DNA of 40,377 nt from Promethearchaeota archaeon Loki_b31 (GCA_005222975.1 NJBI01000033.1:1-40377); one strand, 5' to 3'. Positions 28,644 to 38,691 are shown, counted from the first letter of the stretch. Translations and numbers: made by a program. The notes: a model not told the origin generated them from the sequence alone.

Positions 28644-28728
28644 GCAGGAGTTGCCAAGCCTGGTCAACGGTGCTAGACCGAGGCTCTAGTCTCATAGGAG
28701 TTCGAGGGTTCAAATCCCTCCTCCTGCA
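28644..28728 (+). tRNA. tRNA-Leu(GAG), long variable arm
   Basis: Acceptor GCAGGAG/CTCCTGC-A, anticodon stem CTAGA/TCTAG with loop CC-GAG-GC, variable arm CTC-ATAG-GAG and T arm GAGGG-TTCAAAT-CCCTC. Confidence 0.92.
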
Positions 28729-28967
28729 TTACATTTTAAGTGAATCTTCTTATTGGAAAAAAAGTTAATTGAAATTATAAAACATATATTAAAAAGTTGA
28801 CAAGTCTTATCATTTCGATCTTTTGCTATAAAATTAGATCTTCATTTCAAGTTGCTTGCTTTCATTCAGATAAGGATACTCCCAACAAATGCTCTTCTCA
28901 AAATTTGAATGGGTGTTTAGATATTTGTTATACTACAATAAGATCAATTGATTCAAGGAATTTCTAA

Positions 28968-31900
28968 TTAGAAGAAATTAGATAATTTCTGTTGCTTAAT
29001 TTTAGGATTATTTGTAAGGCTTTCAACATATTGTTCTATCAGTTCCATTCGTTGAACTGTATAATGATCTAAATTAAAATCATAACAAAGTTTTATAGCT
29101 CTAGGGATATATTTTTCTATGCCTCCTCGATTAACGGTCAATATAACTTTATTTCCGCATTTTGGACACTTTCCTGCATTTGAAAGTGGTGGGCGTCTAA
29201 ATTTTTCATTACATTTTACACATCTAAAACTCTGTATAGCAAATCTTTTTAAATTTCCTAATATGTCTGGATTGAAATGTGTAGATAAAATCTTCTCAGC
29301 GACTTTTTTATCATCGACCGCTTGAATGATCTTTGCGAGGTGTAATTGGGCATTAATTTTTTCTTCCATTGATTTATGAGTTTTGTATGATGTGGTCGTG
29401 GGACCCTCATTAATATCTTTTGTTGGTATGTTAAAACCAAGATTTTCATATTGGTTTGGAGTTCCTAAGCGACTTATAACTAAATTCATTTTTTCTTCTA
29501 TTTCTGATGGCATAGTAAATTTTTGGGTTGCTATATAAAACTCTAAAGGATACTTAAAAAGAGTATCAATATTATGAGCCTCACTATCTATTTCATTTGG
29601 GTCCAAAATTGAAGAAATAACTAAAGTTGCGTCCATTCTACCTCCTATTTTACTTGGTAAATAATATCTCGAAAAATTTAATAAAGGATCCAAAAGTAGC
29701 ATAATACCATCTTCGTCACCATCGCAGTTACGTCTTTTTGCTGCATGCCAAAAGGGATGGGCATAAATAGATCGTGCCACTGTAAAACCAATGATCCTAC
29801 CAACAATTCCCGCACTAGTATGAGGAGCGAGCCCTACTACTGAATGCCCAATTAGATCTTCTCTCCTTAGGACATTAAAGAACCTGTTCATATCATAAAA
29901 CAATTCCAATTCGTCATCTAAAAATTTTGCAAGTTTTATGAAATAGTTTGCGCAATCTTCAGAGAGAATAACATCTTGAACTTTAAGTTCTAAAATCTGA
30001 TTTTTATCAATTAAATCTTTCCCTTTATAGTCTATTTTATATCCTAATTCTTTTAATCGGTTAATTGATGTTTTTATTTCTTTTGGTTTAAAATGTGTTA
30101 ATGGAATATCAGTAGCATCGTAGCGAATTTCAGCAGTTTTATATACAAGTAAACCATTTTTAGCTCGAAGAATTCCTTTTTCAAGGGGTTCTGGAACTTT
30201 AAATTTATTAGTTAATCCAAAAATACCCTTAAATTTATTTGGCAATGCTGTTTTCAATTGACTTACTACAGATTTGACATAATTTTTTATATTAAAACCA
30301 GCTTCTGCAGAAAATTTTAATTCGCTACCGCATTGAGGACATTTTTCTTCATTTATAGGGTATAATTTTTTATTACAGTTGAGACATATCTTCTGAAATT
30401 CGGTATGTGTTCTACATTTAGGACAAAGATTAAAGGGAGTGACTGTTCCGCAATTGGGGCATTTTTTTCTACAAAGGTCAATTTTCACTTTTCCAAATTC
30501 AATCGCTTTCTCAACCAACCTCGTGTTTCCAACTTTATCGCTGAGAGGAAATAAAACATGGACGCCTTTCATGCTTTTTCTTTCAGACTTTTCAGGCCGA
30601 CCCATACGAGTACCCATGAAAAAGGGAGCTCTATTTCTAATAACTATAGGAGATATTTTAGAGAAATAGGAGAATATATCGTCGTTTTTACCTATATCAG
30701 CGATTTTTTTATCTTCTAAATTGAAAATTGTTTTATAAATTTCAATTGTATTCTTATTTAGAATGATGCTACTTTCTTTAATAGAATGAATAATAAATGC
30801 TTTTTCTAATATCTGTTTCAATCTCTGATTATTTTTTAATTCGATTGTTTTATTGACTTTATCAAATCCATTAATTAAAGCTTCCCTTAGAACTTGTAAC
30901 TCACTTATTGAGAGATTTCCCCAAAAATCAGTATAAAGTGGGTGTAACGGTATATTATAGTTTTTTGCTAGAGTTAAAGCTTCCTTGGCAGAGGGAATCT
31001 TTTTAAATGGGTTTTTTACAAACTCAAATATCTCCGAATTAAAATTTCCTTCAATTTCTATTGCTTTCTCTAACTCTAACGCCCACCATTCTTCTACATA
31101 ACCAGATGGAACCAATCTATGATTATTTTCGGCGAATTCTCCAAAGCTAAAGAGAATATCACCTAAAAACAAGATTTTTTCAATATTTGGAAACGCTTCT
31201 TTTGCTATTTTTACATTTGAAATCCTTATTACGTTCCCATTTTTAAGCTTTACGATGGGGGGTTCTATAGAACTAACAGGACATATACTGGCGCTCTTTC
31301 CCGGTCTCTCAATTCTCAATTGTGTTCCAATTGCTATAAAATTATCTAATATCACCATTGTTGCGGGATGTAAACCAGCAGCAGCTAATCCTGTATTACG
31401 AGATCTCCCATATCGAATTCTATGGCCACCAATTTTTGAAGGATGGCTAAATACAGCTCTTCCAGCGATAATTTCAGAAACATATTTTGAATTAGGTGGA
31501 ATTATGAAATTTTCTTCTTTATTTTTTTTATCTAACATTTCTGTTTTCTCATCCCTTTGAGAAATCTTTTTTAATTTTGCTAACCAATCCCAACCTTCTA
31601 AGTTCATATTTTTTGCTATTTTTAGGAGTTTTGGTGCCTTAAGAAGTATCCCGTCATTTAAAACTAAGCAAGCACCCCCCCGTATATTATTCGTTTCTAT
31701 TCTAGGTAATTTTCGAAAAGCAGAAACCTCTTCATCTTCAGTAGGATCCCCATTAATTTCCACTGGTAAATGTTCTACAGCAAATCGTATTTCATCATTT
31801 GAGGAAGGATATTGTAAATGAACTCTTCTATCATAAAGCTTAACTTCTTCAACATATCTCCCAATTTCTCCCTCAGTCGCTTCATACTTTGGAATATTTG

Positions 31901-32405
31901 ATTTTTTTCTTACATAATCTGCGATTAACACACATAACGCAGCTGTTGTTCCCCCTGCTGCTCTAATAGGACCAGCAAAGTATAACGATAAATATTTGTT
32001 ATGTTGGCGATCTTCTCGAATTAAAATTTTAGATATTCCTTCAAGTGGAGCGCTAACGACGCCCATCGTTTTTATAGCGAGCCCAACTCGAATGGCTCTC
32101 TCAACCCTAGCCTCTAATGACGTAATCTTCCCTATTTTCTGGTCAAGGATGTCAGAAACTACTTGAAACACTATCTCATCGTCAGATTTACCTTGATCTT
32201 TTAAAATTCTTATTACTTCAGCTACACCTTCTGGCCCTACGAGCTTCTCAACCCTTCCTGCTAAATCTTTAGCTTGGGGCGACTCTACGAAAATCTCAGG
32301 ATCCAATCCTTTTTGACGAGCATTATCTGCAATTTCGTAGCATTTATCTACATCATTTTGTATTTGTGAAAAATATGCTTCCATTTCCTTACTCATTTCT
32401 ACCAT
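28968..32405 (-). CDS. polC: DNA polymerase D large subunit DP2
   Basis: FAGPIRAAGGT, RYGRSRNTG, RMGRPEK, catalytic KRRNCDGDED, Zn fingers and C-terminal PIP box QQKLSNFF. No intein. Confidence 0.97.
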   Translation of the reverse strand: MVEMSKEMEAYFSQIQNDVDKCYEIADNARQKGLDPEIFVESPQAKDLAGRVEKLVGPEGVAEVIRILKDQGKSDDEIVFQVVSDILDQKIGKITSLEARVERAIRVGLAIKTMGVVSAPLEGISKILIREDRQHNKYLSLYFAGPIRAAGGTTAALCVLIADYVRKKSNIPKYEATEGEIGRYVEEVKLYDRRVHLQYPSSNDEIRFAVEHLPVEINGDPTEDEEVSAFRKLPRIETNNIRGGACLVLNDGILLKAPKLLKIAKNMNLEGWDWLAKLKKISQRDEKTEMLDKKNKEENFIIPPNSKYVSEIIAGRAVFSHPSKIGGHRIRYGRSRNTGLAAAGLHPATMVILDNFIAIGTQLRIERPGKSASICPVSSIEPPIVKLKNGNVIRISNVKIAKEAFPNIEKILFLGDILFSFGEFAENNHRLVPSGYVEEWWALELEKAIEIEGNFNSEIFEFVKNPFKKIPSAKEALTLAKNYNIPLHPLYTDFWGNLSISELQVLREALINGFDKVNKTIELKNNQRLKQILEKAFIIHSIKESSIILNKNTIEIYKTIFNLEDKKIADIGKNDDIFSYFSKISPIVIRNRAPFFMGTRMGRPEKSERKSMKGVHVLFPLSDKVGNTRLVEKAIEFGKVKIDLCRKKCPNCGTVTPFNLCPKCRTHTEFQKICLNCNKKLYPINEEKCPQCGSELKFSAEAGFNIKNYVKSVVSQLKTALPNKFKGIFGLTNKFKVPEPLEKGILRAKNGLLVYKTAEIRYDATDIPLTHFKPKEIKTSINRLKELGYKIDYKGKDLIDKNQILELKVQDVILSEDCANYFIKLAKFLDDELELFYDMNRFFNVLRREDLIGHSVVGLAPHTSAGIVGRIIGFTVARSIYAHPFWHAAKRRNCDGDEDGIMLLLDPLLNFSRYYLPSKIGGRMDATLVISSILDPNEIDSEAHNIDTLFKYPLEFYIATQKFTMPSEIEEKMNLVISRLGTPNQYENLGFNIPTKDINEGPTTTSYKTHKSMEEKINAQLHLAKIIQAVDDKKVAEKILSTHFNPDILGNLKRFAIQSFRCVKCNEKFRRPPLSNAGKCPKCGNKVILTVNRGGIEKYIPRAIKLCYDFNLDHYTVQRMELIEQYVESLTNNPKIKQQKLSNFF

Positions 32406-32662
32406 AAAATATATACACTTTAAAATTACTTTAATAATCTCAATGCAGAAAAATAGGATATAATATTCTAAATATTCACTTTCAAAATAAATTGTTTTAT
32501 TAATAGGCTGATTGAATTATGTTATTTTAATTTGAAGAGATTTCCAATTTATAATGATATTATGAGAATTATTATAGCCTCCTAATATTTAAAAAAAAAT
32601 TTGTTTTTTCTTTAATAACAAACATTTTAACTTAATCCCATCATAATTATAATAATTCTATT

Positions 32663-34450
32663 TTGGAAGAAAAGGATTTGAAAAACGAAATATCTGAGCA
32701 GAAACGGGTTATCTTAGATAAATTGGTAAACTCAGGAATTAATATTACTCCTACAATGTTAGACTGGATAGTAAATCTTGAGAATCCCATGAAAAACTTA
32801 AATAATATTATAAAAGAAACTAGTTTTATCCCAACTTTTAAAAATCATTTAACAGAAACCGTTTTAAAAGGAATTTCAAACGAAGAAATACAAAGGGCGT
32901 TAAAGCGAGTAATTTCCAGATCTAATTCGCTCTCTATGGATGTGAAATCCATAGACACAAAAGATGTTTTCAAATCATCAAGCAAACCAGATACTAAATT
33001 GTTTAACGACGAAGTTACATCAATATCCTCTGAAACCCTAATCAAAACTTCGAAATCTGAAGATCGAACTCAGTCTTCTCCAACTTATACTCAATTAGAA
33101 AAAATACCCGCAAAGAAGAAAATTAAAGCAAAAACTCACGAATCTACCAAATCAACTTTTATTTTTAAACCAATAGCAAAGGATTATGATTTTATTTTCG
33201 AAATTTTAAAAGATCCAACTGGTAAAATGCACACAAATGGAAAGTACGATGAATTTTACGAATTAACGCTCGATAAATTTAACCAACTTCGAAAACTCAT
33301 TAGAAGAAGACCAGAAGTAAATTCCGCAACTAATATTAACAATATTTTTAGATTGTCGAATAGCACTGAAATCTCTACAATAGGTTTAGTAAATAACATT
33401 CATTTAACAAAAAAAGGAAATTATTTATTAACTTTGGAGGATTTAACAGGTATAATTAGTGTTTTAATTCAAAACAACTCTGATAACTTGGATTATATCA
33501 AAATAATTGAAAGAACTATCAACGATCAGATGTTGTTTGTCAAGGGAACCTTTAATCCTGGTGAAAAAGGTAGAAGGGGGATAATTTTTGCCAATTCCAT
33601 TTCAAAAATCGATATTCCGACTAATTTTCAACCAAACACATCTCCAGATCCTTTATCTATCGCGTTAATTTCGGATATTCATATTGGTAGTAAAGAATTT
33701 GAAGAAGGGTTATTTAAAAAATTTCTAAATTTTTTAAACGGTAAAAGTAATAATAAAAATTTAAGAGATATTGCGGGAAAAATAAAATACCTCGTTATTA
33801 ACGGTGATTTAGTTGATGGCATCGGAGTTTATCCAAACCAACAAAAAGATTTAATTATAACAGATATATATAAACAGTTTAAAAAAGCTTCAGATTTACT
33901 TTCAGAAATTCCAGATTATATTAAAATTTTTTATGTATCTGGAAATCACGAACCCGTAAGAAATGCATTACCTCTACCCTCGGTACCAAAGAAATATTGT
34001 GAAGATTTAATTAATTTGGGAATAAAATGCTTGGGCAACCCCTCTTTAATAAAAACTCATAATGTTAATACTCTTATATATCATGGGGAGAGTATGCATG
34101 ACATGAATATGTTAATCCACGATTTAGATATCAATAAACCTATTGAAACCATGAAAGAATTTCTTATTTGTAGACATCTCGCGCCAACTTTTGGAGAAAA
34201 AACCCAATTGGCCCCTATTGACAAGGATCTACTTTTAATAGATAAGATTCCTGACATTTTTCATACAGGTCATGTACATATTAACGGAACCGGAAAATAT
34301 AGGAATGTGACTTTGGTTAATTCAGGATGCTTTCAATCTCAAACTGATTATATGAAAAGTTTTGGAATAACACCTACTCCAGGAATAGTACCCATTGTTG
34401 AATTAGACACATTAAACTTCTTTCCATTAGATTTTAAAAAAATTGATTAG
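32663..34450 (+). CDS. polB: DNA polymerase D small (proofreading) subunit DP1
   Basis: OB fold (LEDLTG) and phosphoesterase motifs SDIHIGS, GDLVDGIGVYP.Q, GNH, HG, RHLAPTFG and GHVH. Confidence 0.95.
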   Translation: MEEKDLKNEISEQKRVILDKLVNSGINITPTMLDWIVNLENPMKNLNNIIKETSFIPTFKNHLTETVLKGISNEEIQRALKRVISRSNSLSMDVKSIDTKDVFKSSSKPDTKLFNDEVTSISSETLIKTSKSEDRTQSSPTYTQLEKIPAKKKIKAKTHESTKSTFIFKPIAKDYDFIFEILKDPTGKMHTNGKYDEFYELTLDKFNQLRKLIRRRPEVNSATNINNIFRLSNSTEISTIGLVNNIHLTKKGNYLLTLEDLTGIISVLIQNNSDNLDYIKIIERTINDQMLFVKGTFNPGEKGRRGIIFANSISKIDIPTNFQPNTSPDPLSIALISDIHIGSKEFEEGLFKKFLNFLNGKSNNKNLRDIAGKIKYLVINGDLVDGIGVYPNQQKDLIITDIYKQFKKASDLLSEIPDYIKIFYVSGNHEPVRNALPLPSVPKKYCEDLINLGIKCLGNPSLIKTHNVNTLIYHGESMHDMNMLIHDLDINKPIETMKEFLICRHLAPTFGEKTQLAPIDKDLLLIDKIPDIFHTGHVHINGTGKYRNVTLVNSGCFQSQTDYMKSFGITPTPGIVPIVELDTLNFFPLDFKKID

Positions 34451-34482
34451 TTGTTAAAAAAAAATGAAATAGGTAGTTTTAA

Positions 34483-35166
34483 GTGAACTTTGCAATCCCA
34501 AGAAATAACAATTCTGAGATGGTTTTATATATTTGGAAAATTATTGAGCTCCCCTCTATATCTCTAAGTGACTTAATATACGAATTATCGTTTGAATTAT
34601 TCCTTTTTTCACCTAACGACGCAAACCAATTCATACAAAAGGTTGTTGACAACAATTTTTTAATAGAAAACCCTAACAATATTTTTAAATTATCACATAA
34701 TTTAGAACTAAAATTAAAGAATTGGCACATAAAAAGAAAAGCTCAAATTTTAAAAAAAATCGATTCTTCCAAAAAGGAAACACAAGAAATAGATAACTTT
34801 GATAAAAATAATTTAAATAAGTTTAATACTTTATTAAAAGCGTTTTTAGATAAAGGAACTATAAACAGAGCAGTCACCGTATCAGATAGCGCATTTAATA
34901 TAATTAAATTCGATCCTAAGAGTAAGATCATTAAAGCTGAAGTTAAAGGCTCTAATGATGCTCCATATAATATTAAAATATCCATAAATGATAAATTCAT
35001 TAAGCATAATTGCCATGATTTCCAAACTAATAGAGCTAAAAACAAAAAATTCTGTAAACATTTAGCAAAGTTATTTTTACTTTTAAAGAAAAAAAATGAA
35101 AAATCGGCTTCATTTTTTCTTGAAAGTATTACTAATGAAATTAATAATTGGGATTTTTTAAGTTAA
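34483..35166 (+). CDS. SWIM zinc-finger-like protein
   Basis: V.GS...PY.I.I......HNCHDF...KKFCKHL motif with an N-terminal helical domain. GTG start; the stop overlaps the cdc6 stop (TTAA). Confidence 0.7.
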   Translation: MNFAIPRNNNSEMVLYIWKIIELPSISLSDLIYELSFELFLFSPNDANQFIQKVVDNNFLIENPNNIFKLSHNLELKLKNWHIKRKAQILKKIDSSKKETQEIDNFDKNNLNKFNTLLKAFLDKGTINRAVTVSDSAFNIIKFDPKSKIIKAEVKGSNDAPYNIKISINDKFIKHNCHDFQTNRAKNKKFCKHLAKLFLLLKKKNEKSASFFLESITNEINNWDFLS

Positions 35167-36485
35167 ATTAACTTTTTAAAAACAATATTCTTTACTTTGA
35201 CTTTATCAGTTTGAAGTAAAATAGGTATGTAATTTAACAATTTAGAATCCTGTATTTTCTTAATTTGAGATAGAACTCGTTCTACTAACTCACTTTCTAT
35301 ATCGAGATTTATTATTTTAGTACGCCCATAATGTCCCATAGACCTCGTGTTGGCAGTAATTAAACCTGCTAATGCTAACTCATTAATATAATCACTTATT
35401 CTTCTATGAGTTAATTGTTTCACGCCCAGAATTTTATTTGTAAGTTCTGAATGAACTTCGTAAATATCTCCCGAAGTTATTATATGTTCTCGGGTATATT
35501 TAGATAATAAATAAATAGCTGTTAACGTTAATTGAGCTTGAAGTGGCATTGATAGCATATATTCAACGATGTGATCCTTATCAATATCTTTTTGGGCATT
35601 TTCTACATGTTTTTCTAAAATTTTTTTATTTTGATTTCTTTCTGCAATCTCTCCTGCTTTTCTTAGTAATTGTAGTGCTTTTCTTGCATCCCCATGCTCC
35701 CTTGCAGCGAGCCCTGCACACAACTTTATTACCCCTTCTTCGATAATACCTTCATGAAATGCAATCTTTGCTCTTTGTTTTAGAATATCTGCCAATTCGT
35801 TTGCATTATAAGGGTGAAAAACAATCGGTTCTTCTTGATCTAAATTCGATGTAACTCTTGAATCTAAATATTCCATAAACTTTAGTTTATTAGAGATTCC
35901 AATAACACTTGTTCTACATAAATCTAAGCTCTCATTAAGTCTAGTTAAAGTATAAAGAATTTCATTTCCTCCTTTTTTCTCTATTAAGATATCGATTTCA
36001 TCTAAAACAAAAAAACATACGCTATTTTTAACTTTTTGATCCAATAAACCAAGCAATTTTTTGAGAATAACATCTTTTGGCAAACCCGTCGCTGGGATTT
36101 TTTCTCTTCCAACAATTGTGTTATAGATATGAGCTAGAATTCTATAAGGCGTTGAAACTACAGTACAATTGATATATATCCACCATGGAGGATTGTTGGT
36201 GCAATGTTGAGCTAATTTTTGTGAAACATAACGAACAGTGGCAGTTTTACCCGTTCCAGTCATCCCATAACATAAGAAATTGGGTGGAACATCCCCTTTT
36301 AAAGCACACGCAGTTATACCCGCAATCTTTTCAATCTCAGAGTTTCGATGTGGTAATTCATCAGGAATGAATGAAGGTTCGAGAGCTTCGCGTTTCCTAA
36401 AAAGATTTGGACCTTTTAAGTAGTTTCGATAAAATTTATCAATATTAAAAGAATATATGTTATTATCGTTTTGATTCGTCAACAT
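35163..36485 (-). CDS. cdc6: Orc1/Cdc6 replication initiator
   Basis: L.P.FIPDELPHR, Walker A GMTGTGKT, YINC, Walker B LDEID, PYNA.EL.DIL, GDARKAL.LL and C-terminal winged helix (S.GHYGRT). Confidence 0.95.
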   Translation of the reverse strand: MLTNQNDNNIYSFNIDKFYRNYLKGPNLFRKREALEPSFIPDELPHRNSEIEKIAGITACALKGDVPPNFLCYGMTGTGKTATVRYVSQKLAQHCTNNPPWWIYINCTVVSTPYRILAHIYNTIVGREKIPATGLPKDVILKKLLGLLDQKVKNSVCFFVLDEIDILIEKKGGNEILYTLTRLNESLDLCRTSVIGISNKLKFMEYLDSRVTSNLDQEEPIVFHPYNANELADILKQRAKIAFHEGIIEEGVIKLCAGLAAREHGDARKALQLLRKAGEIAERNQNKKILEKHVENAQKDIDKDHIVEYMLSMPLQAQLTLTAIYLLSKYTREHIITSGDIYEVHSELTNKILGVKQLTHRRISDYINELALAGLITANTRSMGHYGRTKIINLDIESELVERVLSQIKKIQDSKLLNYIPILLQTDKVKVKNIVFKKLI

Positions 36486-36506
36486 TTAATCACACCATGT
36501 ATATAG

Positions 36507-36520
36507 GTTCCACTCGAAAT
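36507..36520 (+). promoter_or_regulatory. ORB/mini-ORB-like Orc1-binding motif GTTCCACTCGAAAT
   Basis: Close match to the archaeal ORB core GTTCCAGTGGAAA, located 22-35 bp upstream of the cdc6 start next to an AT-rich intergenic region. Confidence 0.55.
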
Positions 36521-36786
36521 ATCGCATAATAAAATATTTCGATTCCACACTATTTAAACTTAATTATTAATCGAAAAATTATAGATAAAATGTTAAAGCT
36601 TTAATACATTTTTCTCGTTTTATTCGATTTGCAACAATCTAAGCAATAATTTATAATATTATTGTCGGAGCTTTAAAAGATAATTATTTAAGGAGCAATA
36701 TTATTAAGGGTTTAGTATATTCGATTATATTTACCAAAATTTAATTTTAATTAAAAATTATTCAATCTAATTTTTTATTTATAGGA

Positions 36787-37566
36787 ATGATAATGCCGAC
36801 ACATAGTGATAAGAGAGATAACAAGAGAAGAAATATAAAATTTGCAATAATTTTAACTGTAATTTTTATGAGCTTACTCTTTTTAAACTTTTTAATTATT
36901 TCCGTATTATTTACATGGTCAGATTGGGTAGCGACCCTTATTTTTAGCATGCTTTTTATCGTTCCCGCGTATTTTTCGAATGCTGGAATGGTCATCGTTG
37001 GCGGCGGAAAACCTTTAGATCGTGGAAAAAATTGGCGTGATGGACGAAGAATCCTAGGAGATCATAAAACCGTTTCTGGACTTATTAAAGGACCGTTATT
37101 CATTGGTATTCCATTAAGTTGCGCATTATTTTTGCTATTTATAGTACTATGGCCCGCTATACAACAGATCCCAATAACGGGAGCAACATTGGGGATTTAT
37201 AAATTGTACTCTGACATTTTCTATTATCAGTATTATTTTATAGGTGGACCTTTTCCAATAGGAATATTGATGCTGGGCTTTAGAATAATTTTTTGCTCGT
37301 ACGGTGCTGCATTTGGAGACTTAGCAGGATCATTTCTCAAGAGAAGATTTAATATAAAAAGTGGCGCACCTTTTTGGGTTGTAGATCAATTAGATTTTGC
37401 TGTAGGGGCTATTATTTTTGCCTCAATACCTGCTTTATTTTTTCCGGGTTTTTATATTATCCCGGACATCAATATTATTATATTACTTCTTATATTAACT
37501 CCTTCTGTTAGCCTAATTGCTAATACAATTGCTTATCTAACAAAATTAAAAGATGTTCCATGGTAA
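36787..37566 (+). CDS. carS: CDP-archaeol synthase
   Basis: PAYFSNAG...GGGKPLD.G....DGRRILGDHKT..G, GDL.GSF.KRR.....G....VDQLDF and K..PW motifs. Confidence 0.92.
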   Translation: MIMPTHSDKRDNKRRNIKFAIILTVIFMSLLFLNFLIISVLFTWSDWVATLIFSMLFIVPAYFSNAGMVIVGGGKPLDRGKNWRDGRRILGDHKTVSGLIKGPLFIGIPLSCALFLLFIVLWPAIQQIPITGATLGIYKLYSDIFYYQYYFIGGPFPIGILMLGFRIIFCSYGAAFGDLAGSFLKRRFNIKSGAPFWVVDQLDFAVGAIIFASIPALFFPGFYIIPDINIIILLLILTPSVSLIANTIAYLTKLKDVPW

Positions 37567-37572
37567 TTCCAT

Positions 37573-38088
37573 TTACAACTTAACTACTTCACATCTTATT
37601 CTTACCGGAAATCTTTGATATTCCGCAAACTTAATCTGAGTATCGAAGATTTCGTTCACAGCTTTAATATAATCGCCATTACAACCTACTGCAATCCCTC
37701 GCTCTTCGTAAGAGAGAAAACCAACAATAATTATAATTTGTCCAGTATGAGTATTTCTATCTAGTCTTATGTTATGAATATAAGGATCTGGGAAAAAACC
37801 AAAAACTAAATTAACTAAAACTCTTTCTTCCCGAACAAGCACAATTCTTCTGTGCTGAAATTTCTTTCGAAGATATGGCAATTTCATTTTCGCTTCAAAA
37901 TAATTTTCGTTATCAAGGAAGAAAAATATAATATCTTTAACGATAATAATGTTTTGAGGAAAAATTTTGGTTATATCATGGAAGAAGTGAAAGAGTAAAA
38001 GTTCTTTGTTAGAAAATATTTTTTTCATATCCAATTTTTGATAAAGAAGTAAGTTATCAATAAACATACTTTGAATTGTATTCGACAT
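37573..38088 (-). CDS. Divergent NusA-like KH-domain protein
   Basis: Second KH-like motif ERGIAVGCNGDYIK, and a size and layout resembling archaeal NusA. The first KH GxxG is absent. Confidence 0.55.
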   Translation of the reverse strand: MSNTIQSMFIDNLLLYQKLDMKKIFSNKELLLFHFFHDITKIFPQNIIIVKDIIFFFLDNENYFEAKMKLPYLRKKFQHRRIVLVREERVLVNLVFGFFPDPYIHNIRLDRNTHTGQIIIIVGFLSYEERGIAVGCNGDYIKAVNEIFDTQIKFAEYQRFPVRIRCEVVKL

Positions 38089-38208
38089 ATACTTAAAATT
38101 TCAGACCTATTATTTTAAACTCCTAGGAAAATTCAATCAAACAGCAAAAGGTTTAATTTTAAACGAGACTATTTATTGTAAATCTATACTGAAAATAATA
38201 CGATTCGT

Positions 38209-38646
38209 ATGAAAAAAGCCGGATTTGAGTTTAGAGATCATACTGCAGATGTTCAGGTAAGAAGTTGGGGACCATCATTAGAAGAAGCCTTTTCGCAAAC
38301 CGCTTATAGTTTAATGGCGACTATAACGCCAGACTTAAAAAAAATATCTCCTAAAATCGAAAAAAAAATAACAATTAAGGCTGAGGATAAAGAAGCCCTT
38401 TTATTTGATTTTCTCTCTGAATTTTTGTATATTTTTGATGTGGATGAGCTTGTTTTTAGTCAAATCTATGTAAATAAAATTGAAAAATTCAACGATAATT
38501 ACAAGTTGCAGGCTATTCTAAAAGGTGAAAAATTCGATTTGGGTAAGCACGAAATAGGAATTGAAGTTAAGGCTATAACTTATTCCTTCATGAATATAGA
38601 AGAAAAACACGCAAGCACCATAATTGATATAGTATATGATATTTAA
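38209..38646 (+). CDS. Archease
   Basis: DHTADV...G.SLEEAF, L..FL.E, EVKAITY motifs and C-terminal DI. Confidence 0.95.
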   Translation: MKKAGFEFRDHTADVQVRSWGPSLEEAFSQTAYSLMATITPDLKKISPKIEKKITIKAEDKEALLFDFLSEFLYIFDVDELVFSQIYVNKIEKFNDNYKLQAILKGEKFDLGKHEIGIEVKAITYSFMNIEEKHASTIIDIVYDI

Positions 38647-38691
38647 CTTCAAAATAATTTTTTCATATAGGAAAATAAATAAAATAAAAAT

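Noticed and set aside
28729-28967. Integrated element at tRNA-Leu
   Set aside because: No integrase and no duplicated tRNA 3' end (att site) seen in the window.
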